Part shown: positions 41,821 through 54,700 of the stretch, in pieces | How the letters are laid out: every line of letters starts with the position of its first letter | How positions within the stretch are numbered: position 1 is the first letter of the stretch | Source: Magallana gigas | Taxonomy: Eukaryota | Direction: 5' to 3' | Assembly: GCF_963853765.1 (NCBI RefSeq) | Contig: NC_088854.1 | Span: forward strand, 19,468,001 to 19,532,000 | DNA: 64,000 nt | Translations under genes and position numbers: made by a program | Notes under the pieces: model-generated | Database searches by the model: none | Told to the model about the DNA's origin: nothing | The model's input: the letters and a program-made list of their open reading frames with translations, nothing else

Positions 41821-44800
41821 ATTCTTATGTATGATTCTTGTTTTGAAATAGGGAGTGTGGGCAAACATTAGATCATGCATTCTTTGATTATCTCCTTTTG
41901 AATCATCTATCAACACCCTCAAAATTGTGAGAGAACCTGTCAGAAAGATTCATAAAGTTGAGAGGGGAAATTGTACAAAGATAAGGGGTACACAATAAAT
42001 AGATTTGATTATTTCTTGTTTTGAAATCATTACAATCTACAAACAAAATAATCTCCTTTGCAAACAAAACAGTTGACTCAGTTTTTCAAAATTAATATGT
42101 AGCCATCTTTAGTTAAGGGGCCAATGTACACAGAAGAGAGTGACTTAATCACTCAAACGTGTTATATCAAACGGATTATATCAATCAAGAAAAATTTGAC
42201 AGCTTGTGACTGTTGAATTCTAATTTTTTAATCTATTGTCCAATAATGAAAAAAGTACATCACTTTTTAAAGCCTCTAACAGCATAATGAGTTTCCCAAT
42301 TCATAGCAATAATTGTATTTTAATTTTTAAGGAAACAAACATATTACAATGAATCTGTAGCTGGCATACCTGAATCACTAATACTATATAGCAACCAAAT
42401 CACTTCCTTTAGTGTACCCTTATCTGTGCACACTCTTGTCTTGGTCAATAGAGTGTTCCCAAGTATCGTACTAGGCCAGTAATTAAGTCTGTAAAATAGT
42501 GATGTAAGCTGGACCACAGGAAAGGGTCTCTAAGGTTTATTCCATTGTTTGATGGGGAGCAAGGTGATAAAATGTGTTGTCTATGGCTATGGAGCCTTTG
42601 GGTCAAGTGGAGGGGTGGTTGGACCTCAATAACTACCTCTCCTCGTGGAAATGTTTGTCACCACCCATAAAGCTCAGTCATGGAAGGTGAAATAATAAGT
42701 ACTAAATTCTTTGTGAACAGCTTTGGGCCAAATTGATTAATTCTGAGATATAGAACTACATGTAGCAAATGTTTGAGTGTCTTTGCCAGTAAGGATTCAT
42801 TTTGTGTAAATTTTTTAGGTTTCCAATTTGGAAGGGTGCTTAATTATATGGGTCATCTGCAGTTGGCACAATTTTAATTAAAGATGCTCTCTATGTGTTG
42901 CTCTCCACCAAGCCTTGATTCCAAACAAAATGCATGATAATTACCAGTTACCAGTTTCTGCCCCTGATACATGCTGGAGTATCTCAGTATCCCTTTCATG
43001 CATGCTTGCTTTCGATACACAAGATAATCTTCTCTAATCACCAGGTAGTCAAAATATTCTAAAGAATGTTTAAAGTAAATGACAAAGGGCTTATTTATCC
43101 TGTTCCTGAGCTGTTGTCAGTTTTTAAGTAGTTTTTTATTTCATACGTAAGCTCTCCTCAAGACTGCAGTTTTCTATGACAGACTCCATAAGGAGGGGTG
43201 CATTGGTTCCAACACCTAGCTTCTGAAGGGAGCTTAACGGTACTGTAGAGAGAGGCTATCTCAGGTAAAAATGACAATTGGGAGTTCAATTGCGTTCTAG
43301 ATGAACGGTGTAGCACTGATATTATCGTGACAGGGAGAGGTACCTGGTCTAAGGCAGAGTAAACGTACTCCGTGTGCGAGAGAGGACTTTTGTGTGGGAT
43401 GAATCAAATTCTAGTTCCGCTTTTTTGGGGGAGAATATAAAGCAGTCTCTTGACATTCGCATTTCATGACAATATTTTGACTGGATTCCTAATCAGTGGA
43501 AGGTTTTAAAGGCTCCGCTGTTTGTATAGGTAAGAAATGCACTGGTGTGAAACAGACTGTTCTTACTGTCTGACTTTCTTTAGGGCTAATGACAAACACA
43601 TGAATTTTAATGCTAGATATTATTATACGTGTATCAAAATTTCACACCTAGTCAATTCTCTCTCTCTTTCTCTCATTCACTCTTTCCTCTTGCTCTCTCA
43701 TTCTCTCTCATTCTCTCTCTCTCATCAAATCAATCCTCTTTAATTTTTATGCGTGTTAATGCAGTTAGTTTTGAATTTTCATTGAATACTTTAGACAAGC
43801 ATATCCAAGACCTTTGAAGTAACAATGCAGTCATTTATTTTGGGAAAATCTTTATGACCCAAATATAAATGTAACCTTACTTTAAAATTATTGAAATAAA
43901 GTTGTTTTAATGAATAAGCGCAGCCTAAATATAAATTATAAAATTCAGCAATCTGCATAAAAAAGATGAATTAATACTTTTTAAAAGTGTTCATATTCAT
44001 CATATACTTTTGCTAAAGAAAAAAAAACCCAGCCATCATTACCATTAGGTATGCAAAATTGATAACAAAATTGACAGGTTCAGAATAACTAAAGGTGAAT
44101 AGTATACCATAATTAACACTGTGCAGTGTTTCTGTGAAATGCTAGAATCTTGTACCCCCCCCCCCCCCCTGATTTGAATCAACATTCATATGCAAAACAT
44201 TATCTAAAAGATATATTCAAAGAATCTCCTGACATGGGGGTTGGCAGTGACAATTAGTATAGATGCTACAAATTTTACACATTTCAATAGGAAAAAAAAA
44301 ATCTGTTAAACTAAGAGGAATGTTCTTACATTTTTCTTTGAAGGCTTATACTGTCAATATTGTATTCAATTTGAAGAGGATTGGGGAGCAGTTTATAAAC
44401 ATCTCCCTTTATGATGCACAAAAGATCAGGTCAACAAGTAGAATCCCTAGTACATTTGAAGACAAATATAAGCTCTTTAAAGGGAGCTTGAACAAGTCTT
44501 GGGAAATATAATGAAATGGAATAAAATTAATACATGTACCGGAAGGATAAAATTGTTAAGCTACTAGCTGCATTGTATTTGCATGGACACTTTAATTGCA
44601 GAGTTTTCTTAAAGTTGCAGCATTTCATCAGCATAAAATGGATTATTCTTAGCATACAGTTCCATAACATGCCACTAAAGGAAAATGAAGAAAGGATAAA
44701 TTGCTGTGTCTGTCAAAAACTTAAACTGCTCTTTTGATAATTGAAAAAAGAAAGCAGAAAATGTTATGTAAAGCGTGTTTTGTGATTTTCTGAAAAAAAT

Positions 44801-45954
44801 TTCACATGTAAAATGATTTGCGAGTTAAATTATAATCTAGTTTTTAAAATAATATTGCCTGTTCTTTAATATTTTTCAAAAGAAAAGAATCTTTGAAGCA
44901 TATATACATGTATCAAGATGGTTTACTGGCAGCAATTTATTATAAAGTATATTTTAAGTCTCTTTAAATTTTTGCTCAAGGAACTTTGATAGATAAAGAT
45001 GTTATACTGAAAAGACTTGCAGAAATATTTAAAAAATTGTAATATGTCTATTTTGAGTATCAAAAGTAGCACAAGCATCAGGCCATGTTAGTTATAAAGT
45101 GAAAGGAAAATTTACTGTAAAATCACGTATATAACACACCCATGTAAATCATACCATCCTTTTTATGTAAAATTGTAAGAACAAAAATCAATAGATTTGT
45201 TTAAAACTCTATTATCATAAAACATCGATAGTTATTTTGGAAAATGGTGGCTGTTGATTTTCATCCCTTGAGCTTTGTTCCGATCACAAAATTACAGAAA
45301 TTGCATTTGGATTATAAAATGATCATGAAACATCGATAGTTTGGGGGGAAATTGCAGTCATTGATTTCGATTCTAAGCAAGACCTGTTATTTTTCGCCAT
45401 TTTTGGTCAACTTTGGGGGGTGCGTATTATACATGATACTTTATGGTTAGCAGAAAATGGTTGAAAGTTAGTGTTATGACCATATGTGCCATATCTCTTT
45501 TGAATTCTTGCATTAGAGATGCGCCTCAGTAGCCAAGTGTCCGGGAGATGAGAAAAACGAATCAGACACTTGGCTAGCGAAGATGAGATGCGCCTTTGAA
45601 AAAAATTAATTTCGATCATGTTAATATGCTTTTGTAAACTGGTTTCTTAAAATTTCACTCACAAGTATTCTATATATTAAATTTGCATTATTATCAAAAG
45701 GTAAAAAAAATTCAAAGTCAGAAGGCTACCCTCAGCAGAGATACATTACATTTTATCAGAGAGATCAGATTACTTAAATGATGTTTTGCTCAAACCAACC
45801 TAAAACTTTTTGTCACTATCCTGAGACATGCGAATGTATAAGTGCATACAATTCTAGTCAGGATTTCTGCTAATAATGTTACGCAGCTCTGATTGAAAAA
45901 AACCCAGTAATTACAGACAACTTTGATATGAATCTTACACCATTTAATACTCAC

Positions 45955-46035
45955 CTGTATTAGTTTATAGCCTTTGTTGTATTATAGCAGGAACTTGTTG
46001 ATCTGAAGGTCACGAAGTCAAATCATGCAGGCACA
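45955..46035 (-). other. Candidate non-coding exon 1 of the cPLA2 gene
   Basis: Perfect donor CAG|GTGAGT (exon ends at 45955). Minus-strand TATAAATG at 46064-46057 predicts a TSS near 46033. The first coding exon has an acceptor at 35692, so an upstream exon must exist. Confidence 0.4.
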
Positions 46036-46056
46036 CCTTTTTATGTGTATATCATT

Positions 46057-46328
46057 CATTTATAGAACTCAAAAAATAATATTTTTGTCGAAAAGTGACG
46101 TAAATTGTTCATAAATAAATATGACATACCAGTGTAATGGACGTACCAGTCCATTAAAGGTTGATTTAAGGGTTTTTCCCAATAATTTTAAACATGCATG
46201 GACAAGGCATTTCACTTATCACAAATCATCAACTCGTGTTGTTCATGTACCGGTATTGTATTATACATATTGTATTAATTAATATATGCATGAATAATCA
46301 CTTTCTCTACCACGTTTCACTATAAAAG
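46057..46328. promoter_or_regulatory. Candidate bidirectional promoter between cPLA2 and COX
   Basis: Outward-facing TATA boxes (minus 46064-46057; plus TATAAAAG 46321-46328) enclose TGACGTAA (CRE/ATF-like, 46096-46103) and GGGTTTTTCCC (Rel/kB-like, 46170-46180). Confidence 0.35.
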
Positions 46329-48145
46329 TTTTAAATTGTAAAAAGATTTGATCTGGTTCAATGTTTCATTTTAAACATATGTTCCAATTACCGGTACATT
46401 ATTTGTTCCTTGAGTCGATGAACTCGGCAAATATAGCAAGCACATATTTGGAGGGGGTGCACCCACCCCCAACCCTCCTGGGGAATCCAAATTAAGTGAA
46501 TTATTGAAGTAAGACATGTATGACAAAAAAATACCTTGGAATAAGGAAAAGACCCCCCCCCCCCCCCGACAATTTTCTGGATCCATGCATCCATAGACCG
46601 TTAATATACACTTTCTAATATAGAAGCCACAAATTCGAAAATATAAAAAATACTGATACAGATTTATTTATGACCATGAAATAAGCATATAAATGTGCAT
46701 CAATGAATTCTCTGCCTTATGCTTCAGCTATTCTAAATCAAATTTTAACATTAAAGCTAGTGATAAACACTTGTTTTCAAAGGAACTTAAATTGTGGAAA
46801 GTGGCTTCTCATTCACAGAGAATTAATAAGAAAAAAATGATAATTTCTGTTCACAACATTAAGGTATTTTATGGAGCAATTGCGTCAATTATCCTTGACA
46901 TATAGGTGACCTTGTAATACATGTCATGAATTTTTTGAGAGATAACAATAATGTGCAAGCATTTGCACGAATATAAAATGTAGAAGCAGTTACCACATGA
47001 AATAGTTTGCTGCCTAAAAGTTAAATAAGATAATTATGCTTATAAATTTACAAGCTGGTCTTGACATTTTATGGCATATACAGTATATTGCCTATAAAAT
47101 AGTATATTCATGAGTTCTCCCGATAGATCTATAGTTTCAGTTAAAACACATTAAGGTTCTCCTATCCTCGTGCACACTCAAAGTGTTTTTTTTTATCATA
47201 GAAATGCTATATATTTTTCCTTCAAACTTTACAAATGAAATGAAATAAAAAGAAATTTGCTGATGGTATCCATGCATTTTATGAAGGTATTACAATTTTG
47301 GCCACAATAGATAGAATGGAATAAATATACATCAAATAAAAAAAAAAAAAGATTAACTGGTGCATCAATGGCTCAAACCCCTTTACGAAGTAGTAGTAAT
47401 GTAGTGTAGTAGGTCTCTTTTGAACCACTAAACAAGCAGGTTATTTAACGAGGCCGACTACAGAACGAGTACGCACGCTTTGGTGCATCATTTCATTTGT
47501 ATTGTGACATCATCTTTTTGCTTTGTTGACGCCATGGCGTGATAGTTTCAATTGCAGATATTCAGCGAAATTTGTTGAAAAAAGCTCGTTTGATGCGTAA
47601 ATTTGATAATATATTGTGGAATAAACATAAATGTCTCAAAGTATAAGCTATATTTGGACTCGGATCGAAAACGTGAAGAGGGTTCAGCAAGCCTAGCCCT
47701 CTGTCACGTTTTAAATATAGCTTAATTCATATATTTCAAGACAGTAACCATGTTTTTTTTATATTAATGACCCTTAATATGTGATGTTTTATATTTATTT
47801 ATTACCTAAATATGTCTGAATGTTTTAATAATACTATAAAGATCACCATTTCCGTCTTTGTCAAATAAAAAATAGCCATTATCTGACAAATCTGGGAAAT
47901 TGGGCATACAAAAAAACAACTTTGATAAGACCCCTGGAACAAACCAGGAGGTAAAAGGTTTTTTTTTATTTGACCATTTCATGCCTTTTAACAAAAACTT
48001 TAATATGTAGAACAGAAAAAGAAATCCTAGTAGGGCAGAAGTTTTTAAAAAATTGCAAAATTGATACATTTCAAGCAAAATCCCATAGGGTCCTATGTTA
48101 AAAATTAACAAACTTTGAGATTGCCCCTTAAACAAACGGTGTGGT

Positions 48146-48351
48146 ACTTGGTTTCATTAATTTTCGTGTGTGTCAATTTTCGTGGATTTTCTGAAAACCA
48201 CAGTTTCAAAGATACGTAAATTCGTGGCCAATGATCCTATAAATACAAAATGTTAGTTGAAATTGAACTTCAATGAACATTTAATTTCGTGGATCAACTT
48301 AACGAAATCCACGAAAATTGGTATTCAACGAATATTGATGAAACCACAGTA
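48146..48351. mobile_element. TA-flanked MITE
   Basis: TACTTGGTTTCATTAATTTTCGT ... CGAATATTGATGAAACCACAGTA. Left end degenerate. Confidence 0.55.
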
Positions 48352-48762
48352 AATGTCTTATTTTTTTATTTTAAAAAAATATTTAACTCAGTAGAAATTC
48401 ATGTACAAAATTTCCTTCAAAAATCTAGGGCAGAAAAAATTAGACCCGGCCTCGTTAATATAACTCTTTTTAATATTAACACTACGAGACTTATTAAATT
48501 TGTCTATATAAAAGGCTTATTTATTTTACGAATAAAAAAAATTCTAGATAATTTAGAGTTATCAGACATTGGTGTGGAACGAATATCGTTAAATGCACTA
48601 AGAAAATTAGTTGAACTGGAGATGTGAAATAATTTTCAGAAGATCAATTTTCATAACTAATTCAACATGCTGGCCTGAGAATTGATGAAATATATTACTG
48701 AAATTGAAATGAAACATTGATATTGATTGTGTATTGAATATTTTCAGACACAGTACATTAAA

Positions 48763-51700
48763 ATGTGGTGGAGGGCAGTTATACTGGTCAGTTTCATAGC
48801 TCCTGCACTAGGTAAGTATATGCAGTGTACATACTGGTAATATATAAAGTTCTTTTTTAACCTGTTTACATGCTTATAAATATGGAATGTTGAAATAAAA
48901 CTTCTTTGACAATTAATTTCATAGTTTCAATTTCTTGTCTTTTATGAAGAAATGTGATGAAAATGTATTTCCCCGCGGTACAGACTAAATCAAATTGTGA
49001 AAAATAAGACAAACTGTTTTCAACGCAAAGTTCTGTGTATATATATAAGTTTCAGGTGGCCATAACCCTTGTTGTTCATACCCTTGTGAAAACAATGGAG
49101 TATGCATGACCCAAGGAGAAAACTATTACTGCGACTGTGCAAATCTAGAATTCTATGGCAAACACTGTGAAATCCGTAAGTCATTTAAATTATGTCAAGA
49201 ATTTAATCCTTGATCAGCAGTGATGAAATTTCATCTAAGGTAGAAACTTTTAACACCTGAAAGTTAATTGTGCTGTTTTACAAAATCTCTTGGTTTTTAT
49301 ATGTTGATAAAATCAAGTGAATGTTATTGAGAAATCTGAAAGGACTCTGAATGTGACCTGATCTTTTTTCAACTTGGATGAATAATGAGGGCAAAAACTA
49401 TTACCTGCAGACACTGTGTGGGTTAAGTGTTTCAGAAACCTTAAATTAAATCATTTGGTTATTTTGTAAACAAATTAACATAAGATATATTTTTCACATG
49501 TGTCTCATTTGCATGTACTGGCAGTATGAATGATCTAATTATAATATAAACTAAAAATAGCATCTCTGAAGTAAAAAAAAAAAATGTAAGAGTGAAATAG
49601 GCATTTGTACTGGAAAGTTACTTTTTAATGTCTGCATATGTGACTGTATCAAAATCAAGGGCATTCGGATTAAATTGAAAATTAATATGGATATATAAAC
49701 TTCATTTGTAAATATATGTAATTCCTGGAAATACTGCTTAATTTTCTATTTTCTTAATGACATGGATATAACGATCGTCTCAGAGGCATAGCAATAAGAT
49801 TGACAAACATTGTAAAAAGCTGTTGGTCATCTTAAAATACCTTTTAGCAAACAGGCATGATTACCAGTAGACAAAATTGTCTACAAGAAGACATACTTTT
49901 AGAAGATTATCTTAAATTGAACCTTGCATTTAAAAATATATTTACTGGTAAATCTTTTTCAAAACTTTAAATTACGCATTGTTATAATACTAACTACTAG
50001 CTCTAAAACACTGGTCTGTTGGATATTTTATTTAGTTTCTCCAAATGGGACACGAGTGTTAATTGTTATTTGTGGAAAACTATTTTCTAGCTACATATAA
50101 TCTTGTAAATAACTGAAAAATAAATGATACGTAAAATTATAATGGATTATGTCGATGTCCAAAGATTGCTCAATATATATGAAACTTTATTTGGTTTTAG
50201 CTACCTTTATGAAGAAGATCAAGCTGTTTTTAAAACCAAGTCAAAGCACTCTTCATAACCTGCTGACATCCAAAAAATGGCTGTGGAATATCGTCAACAG
50301 CGTTCCATTTCTGGCCAATGCAGTGATGAAAAAAGTTTATACCAGTAAGGCATATACATACTATAAAGTAGAGAAATATAGATAGTCAAGATATCAGCAT
50401 CTTTTAAGTTTGGTAATTATACATGCATCTCTTACCAGTAATGTGATCAGAGATCAACTTTGTTAAGCAAAGGTAATTTAGTTTTACTTACATAGTGTAT
50501 TATACAATTTAATTAACAATTAACCTATTATGAACAAAATGTATTTGCAAATTTTGAAAACCCCTCATTATGAATACTTGTTTTAGCAAACTTATCTGCG
50601 AACATACATGTATCTCAATTAGTCAGATTGGTACATATTGTACGTAGCAATCCATTTTTTCATTAAGGCATGCTCACCTGACCTTGCAACAGCAGATAGT
50701 TAATTATGAAAGATAGAATGATGCAATAGAAATAATTCAGCAATTAGGCCAAATAAAAAATATGCAAATTTAGATGAAAAATTATAAATTTTCAAAAATT
50801 TCATTTAGTAAATATGAACAAAAGCCCTTAACAGATTTGAATTTAGAGTGGATGATATTCAACTGAATTGATTGATACAAATAATATAAGTTGATAAACA
50901 AAACATTTAATCTTGTGAGGTACGTTGTGAAATACAAAGTATATATCTTGATATAGCGAGCTACCTTAATTAAGAAATGATAAAGTCAAGTTGAATTTGA
51001 TGAATATACAGTAAACATTTCTATTTTCTATTTCCTTCAGTGAGGTCAGATATGATAGACAGTCCACCAACCTATACCTCTGAGCACGAATACATCACAG
51101 TGGATGCTAATTTTAACTATAGTGTCTACACACGTACCTTGCCTCCAGTACCAAAGGAATGCCCAACACCTATGGGAGTATGGGGTAAAATCTAAAATAC
51201 ATAGAAAATTTGTAAATTATTATTAATAACAACATGTTGAATCATAATACACAAAATTTATGTGCTATTGTGCCAAACAAATAACATTATTAGTAGTAGA
51301 AATGTGTAGAAGATAGTAAAATATTCGTTAAAAATATACTGGTATAAGAAAATGGTACTGTAAAAATGGTTATTTACACGTGGAGGAAATTTACACTAGC
51401 TACATGGAAAGCTTAAAACTGCGTAAAATACCCCTATGTCTATGGTGAAAAATCAAAACTTTAGAGTGGTAAATCATCCTTCTGTATGTTAAATAATCAC
51501 GCATATTGTTTGACCTTAGAAAATGCATACTTAACCACCATCGTAAATAACTACTTTTACAGTAAATTTGCCTTTGGCCTTAGGCAATATGAAACCCGGG
51601 GTTTTCCTGTCACCTTGGGGCAAAAAATGTAGTATGTTGCCCTTTGCCAAACTAATATCACACACTAGTGCCCTGGAAAATGAACAGAAATTCAGAATTT

Positions 51701-54700
51701 ATCCAGGTTTTATAAACTCATTTATTCTTTAATTAGGAAAGAAGGTGCTACCTCCTGCTGAAGACATTGTGAAGGCTTTCTTCATCAGAACGGAATTCAT
51801 TCCCGAGCCGTTAGGGACGAGTGCCTTATTTCCTTACTTTGCTCAGCACTTCACTCACATGTTCTTCAAGACTGACCTAAAGAAAGGGCCGCAGTTTCAG
51901 TGGGGAGGACATGGGGTATGTAATCTAATATCTTTTCTATCATGGCATTGTTCAGAGTTATTTCATCAAATTCTTGCCCTTATTTTGAAGCCTCCATGGG
52001 ACACTAGTGGCTATTAAAATGGAAATATTGATCATGTTGGTTTATAGATAGAGTGGACGATTTACCTACATACATGCATAAAAACCTCTTTAAAAAAGTG
52101 AAATCCTTTTCTGAAACATGAAGGAGCAGGCCAGTGCTTATCTCTAATGTTTCTGTGGTGCTAAGAGGATGTGAGTCATTGACTTACCCTGGATGGGACG
52201 CAAGTCTTTGCAGGTTAACCCCCTGCATAAGCTGGTACCTATAAATTGCAGCTGGATGGTCTATTACACTGTTGATATAGTACCTTGATAAAGAACACAA
52301 CACACAACATCAAGTGACCTGCACAGAGGGGCTTGAACCAGCGATCTTTGGTCTACTGGCTAAACACCTAGTACTAAAGCTTTGTGCTCCACATCAAAAC
52401 TTGTCACATTTTAGTTTATTAGCCTTTTTTTGCTCAGAACCTTGGGAGGAATTTATAGTCATTTTATCCTAGCATCTCTGATATACTGTATTGGCATTTT
52501 ATGCTGACCAAGTGTCATATTTTGGGAGTTTTAACAATGGGAAAATACCAATAACACCAGCTGGAGTTGGAAGAGATCATTATACTGACATTTACATAAT
52601 GGGAGCAGCTTTGAACAGCAGCCTGAATTTTAGACAATCTTTAGCCCATTTTTTTCTTAGCTCTGTTCTTTGTTAATGCTTAAACATTTTTAGCACTTTA
52701 TACTGAATTATCTTTGTAAAAATTAAAACTGCTTTTGCTTTGTAAAATCAACAACTTTTTCCTGTTCTTCTTTTTAACACTTTCAATGAATGATTTCAAA
52801 ATGCAATTTTTTTCACTTTGACCATACTGCATAGTTATCATACATAACAGTATAATATTACCGGTAGAATTCTACAGGCAATACAGTAAAACATGGTTAT
52901 AACGAAGTGCCAGGGACGGGCAATTTTGTTTCGTTATATCCATCAAGTTCACAGCATATAATATAGTAATGGGGAATGAAAATCACTTCGCTGTAAGCGT
53001 CAATTCATTATAAGCATGTTCGCTATTGCCATGTTTTACTGTATATAACTGATTTTCATTTAAGTTTGATAATTATACTATATGTACCTTAATCAACAAA
53101 GCTCTATCTGTTGGTCTACATCTCAGGCTTGGATGTAATATGTATTGCATCATTTTTGCATTCCTTTCATGAATGCATGCTTGGACCAGCATTGTATCTT
53201 GTGTATCATGACATTTTCAAGGTAGACGTTTCTCATGTGTATGGAAAGGACAGAGATTCCGAGAATAACCTAAGATCTTTCAAAGATGGGAAACTCAAAT
53301 TCCAGGTACTTACTTTAATAAAAAAAAAATTCTTCCACAGATATGTGAAACATGGAGTAAAAATTCTATAAACTGATGAAAAATTATTTAATTGAAAGAC
53401 AATAAATAAATGTTTTGATTCTCAGACACAGCCACATTATGTCAAACGCTGCAAATTTATTTGCCATATATTGAAAAGGGGAATATTGAGTCAGTTATTT
53501 TTAAGTTAAAAAACTGAGTTTCACACTTATCCAAATCTCATGAAAAATACATGCCTGCCACATTTCTATTTGAAGCATTTGGTATTTTTATGTTTTTTTG
53601 CCTTAGATCATAGATGGAGAAGAGTGGCCCCCCTTGACTTCTGAAGCAGATGTTCCAATGGGATATCCAAAGGGAATGGAAAAGACCAAGCAATTTGCTC
53701 TGGGACACTCCTTCTTTGGTCTACTACCAGGATTGTTTATGTATGGCACAATCTGGTTACGAGAACATAACAGAGTGTGTGACATCTTGAAAAAGGAGCA
53801 TCCAGAATGGAATGATGAGAGATTATTTCAAACTGCCAAGCTGGTGATTCTAGGCAAGAAATCATTTCTGTTTTCCAAATTACATTTTATTTTGCCATAT
53901 ACACCATTTCCATGAAAAAGGGTGAATTAAAATATTTGATTTATTTTCCTTTTAGGAGAGACCATTAAAATTGTTATAGAGGACTATGTAAAACATCTCA
54001 GCAACTATAATTATGATTTGATCTTTAATCCTGAATTGCTGTTTGGCGAGCCATTCCAGTATCAGAACAGGATTGCTTTAGAATTCAACCATCTTTATCA
54101 CTGGCATCCCCTGATGCCAGATGAGATTAACATCAGTGGAACTATGTACAATCTAAAAGAGTTCATGTTTCATCCAGAGCTTGTTGTAAAACATGGAATG
54201 AGGAACTTTGTGGATTCTCTGTCCAAACAGAGAGCTGGATTAGTAAGTTCTCTCTCTCTCTCTTGTTATGTCTGTAAATTTGAATGTTAATTTTTTTATC
54301 CACATGATTAACTGCTATTTGCCAAAAAAAAAAACCTTTCAGTCATAGCAATTTACTTTTGATCAGGTACCAGTGTAGTTGATACCCTTGATGTTTTAGT
54401 AGTTTTTCTCTTCTTTATTTGAATGATGAACTCAATAAAAAAATATGGACTTAGCAAAATATTATTAGACTATTTACCAGTGTATAGAATGGTCAACCAC
54501 ATCAGTCGTAAAAGCCATCAAAAGTTTTCTCCTCACTTGACAAATGACAACAACCATATAGCAGATAACTCTATAAGGTTACTAGACTGTGTTAAGGCCC
54601 TGTCACACCAAGCTGCGTCCCCACGGCGTGTTCACGGCGTTGTAAAATTCATGGAATCACCTTAAGATCGCAAGGAAAATTCAGAAAAAATGTAGTTTTA

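Noticed and set aside
42360-43500. Higher-GC block that may be a decayed Gypsy-type pol fragment
   Set aside because: Only faint motif resemblance amid many stops. It needs a BLASTx/HMM search and is not evidence of a gene between cPLA2 and COX.
13652-46569. Scattered long G/C homopolymer runs (e.g. 13652, 14352, 15541, 25198, 37510, 40636, 44155, 46553) as G-quadruplex signals
   Set aside because: Mostly associated with repeat remnants, with no positional pattern relative to the genes.
48289-48627. 112-aa plus-strand ORF just upstream of COX
   Set aside because: Starts inside a MITE and runs through AT-rich intron sequence, with no COX similarity.
52320-52385. tRNA-like sequence
   Set aside because: It is the degenerate head of a SINE and has no complete cloverleaf.
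54423-54665. 80-aa ORF as a possible COX exon 9
   Set aside because: No COX similarity, and it runs into the Harbinger TIR. The true exon 9 is 55966-56110.
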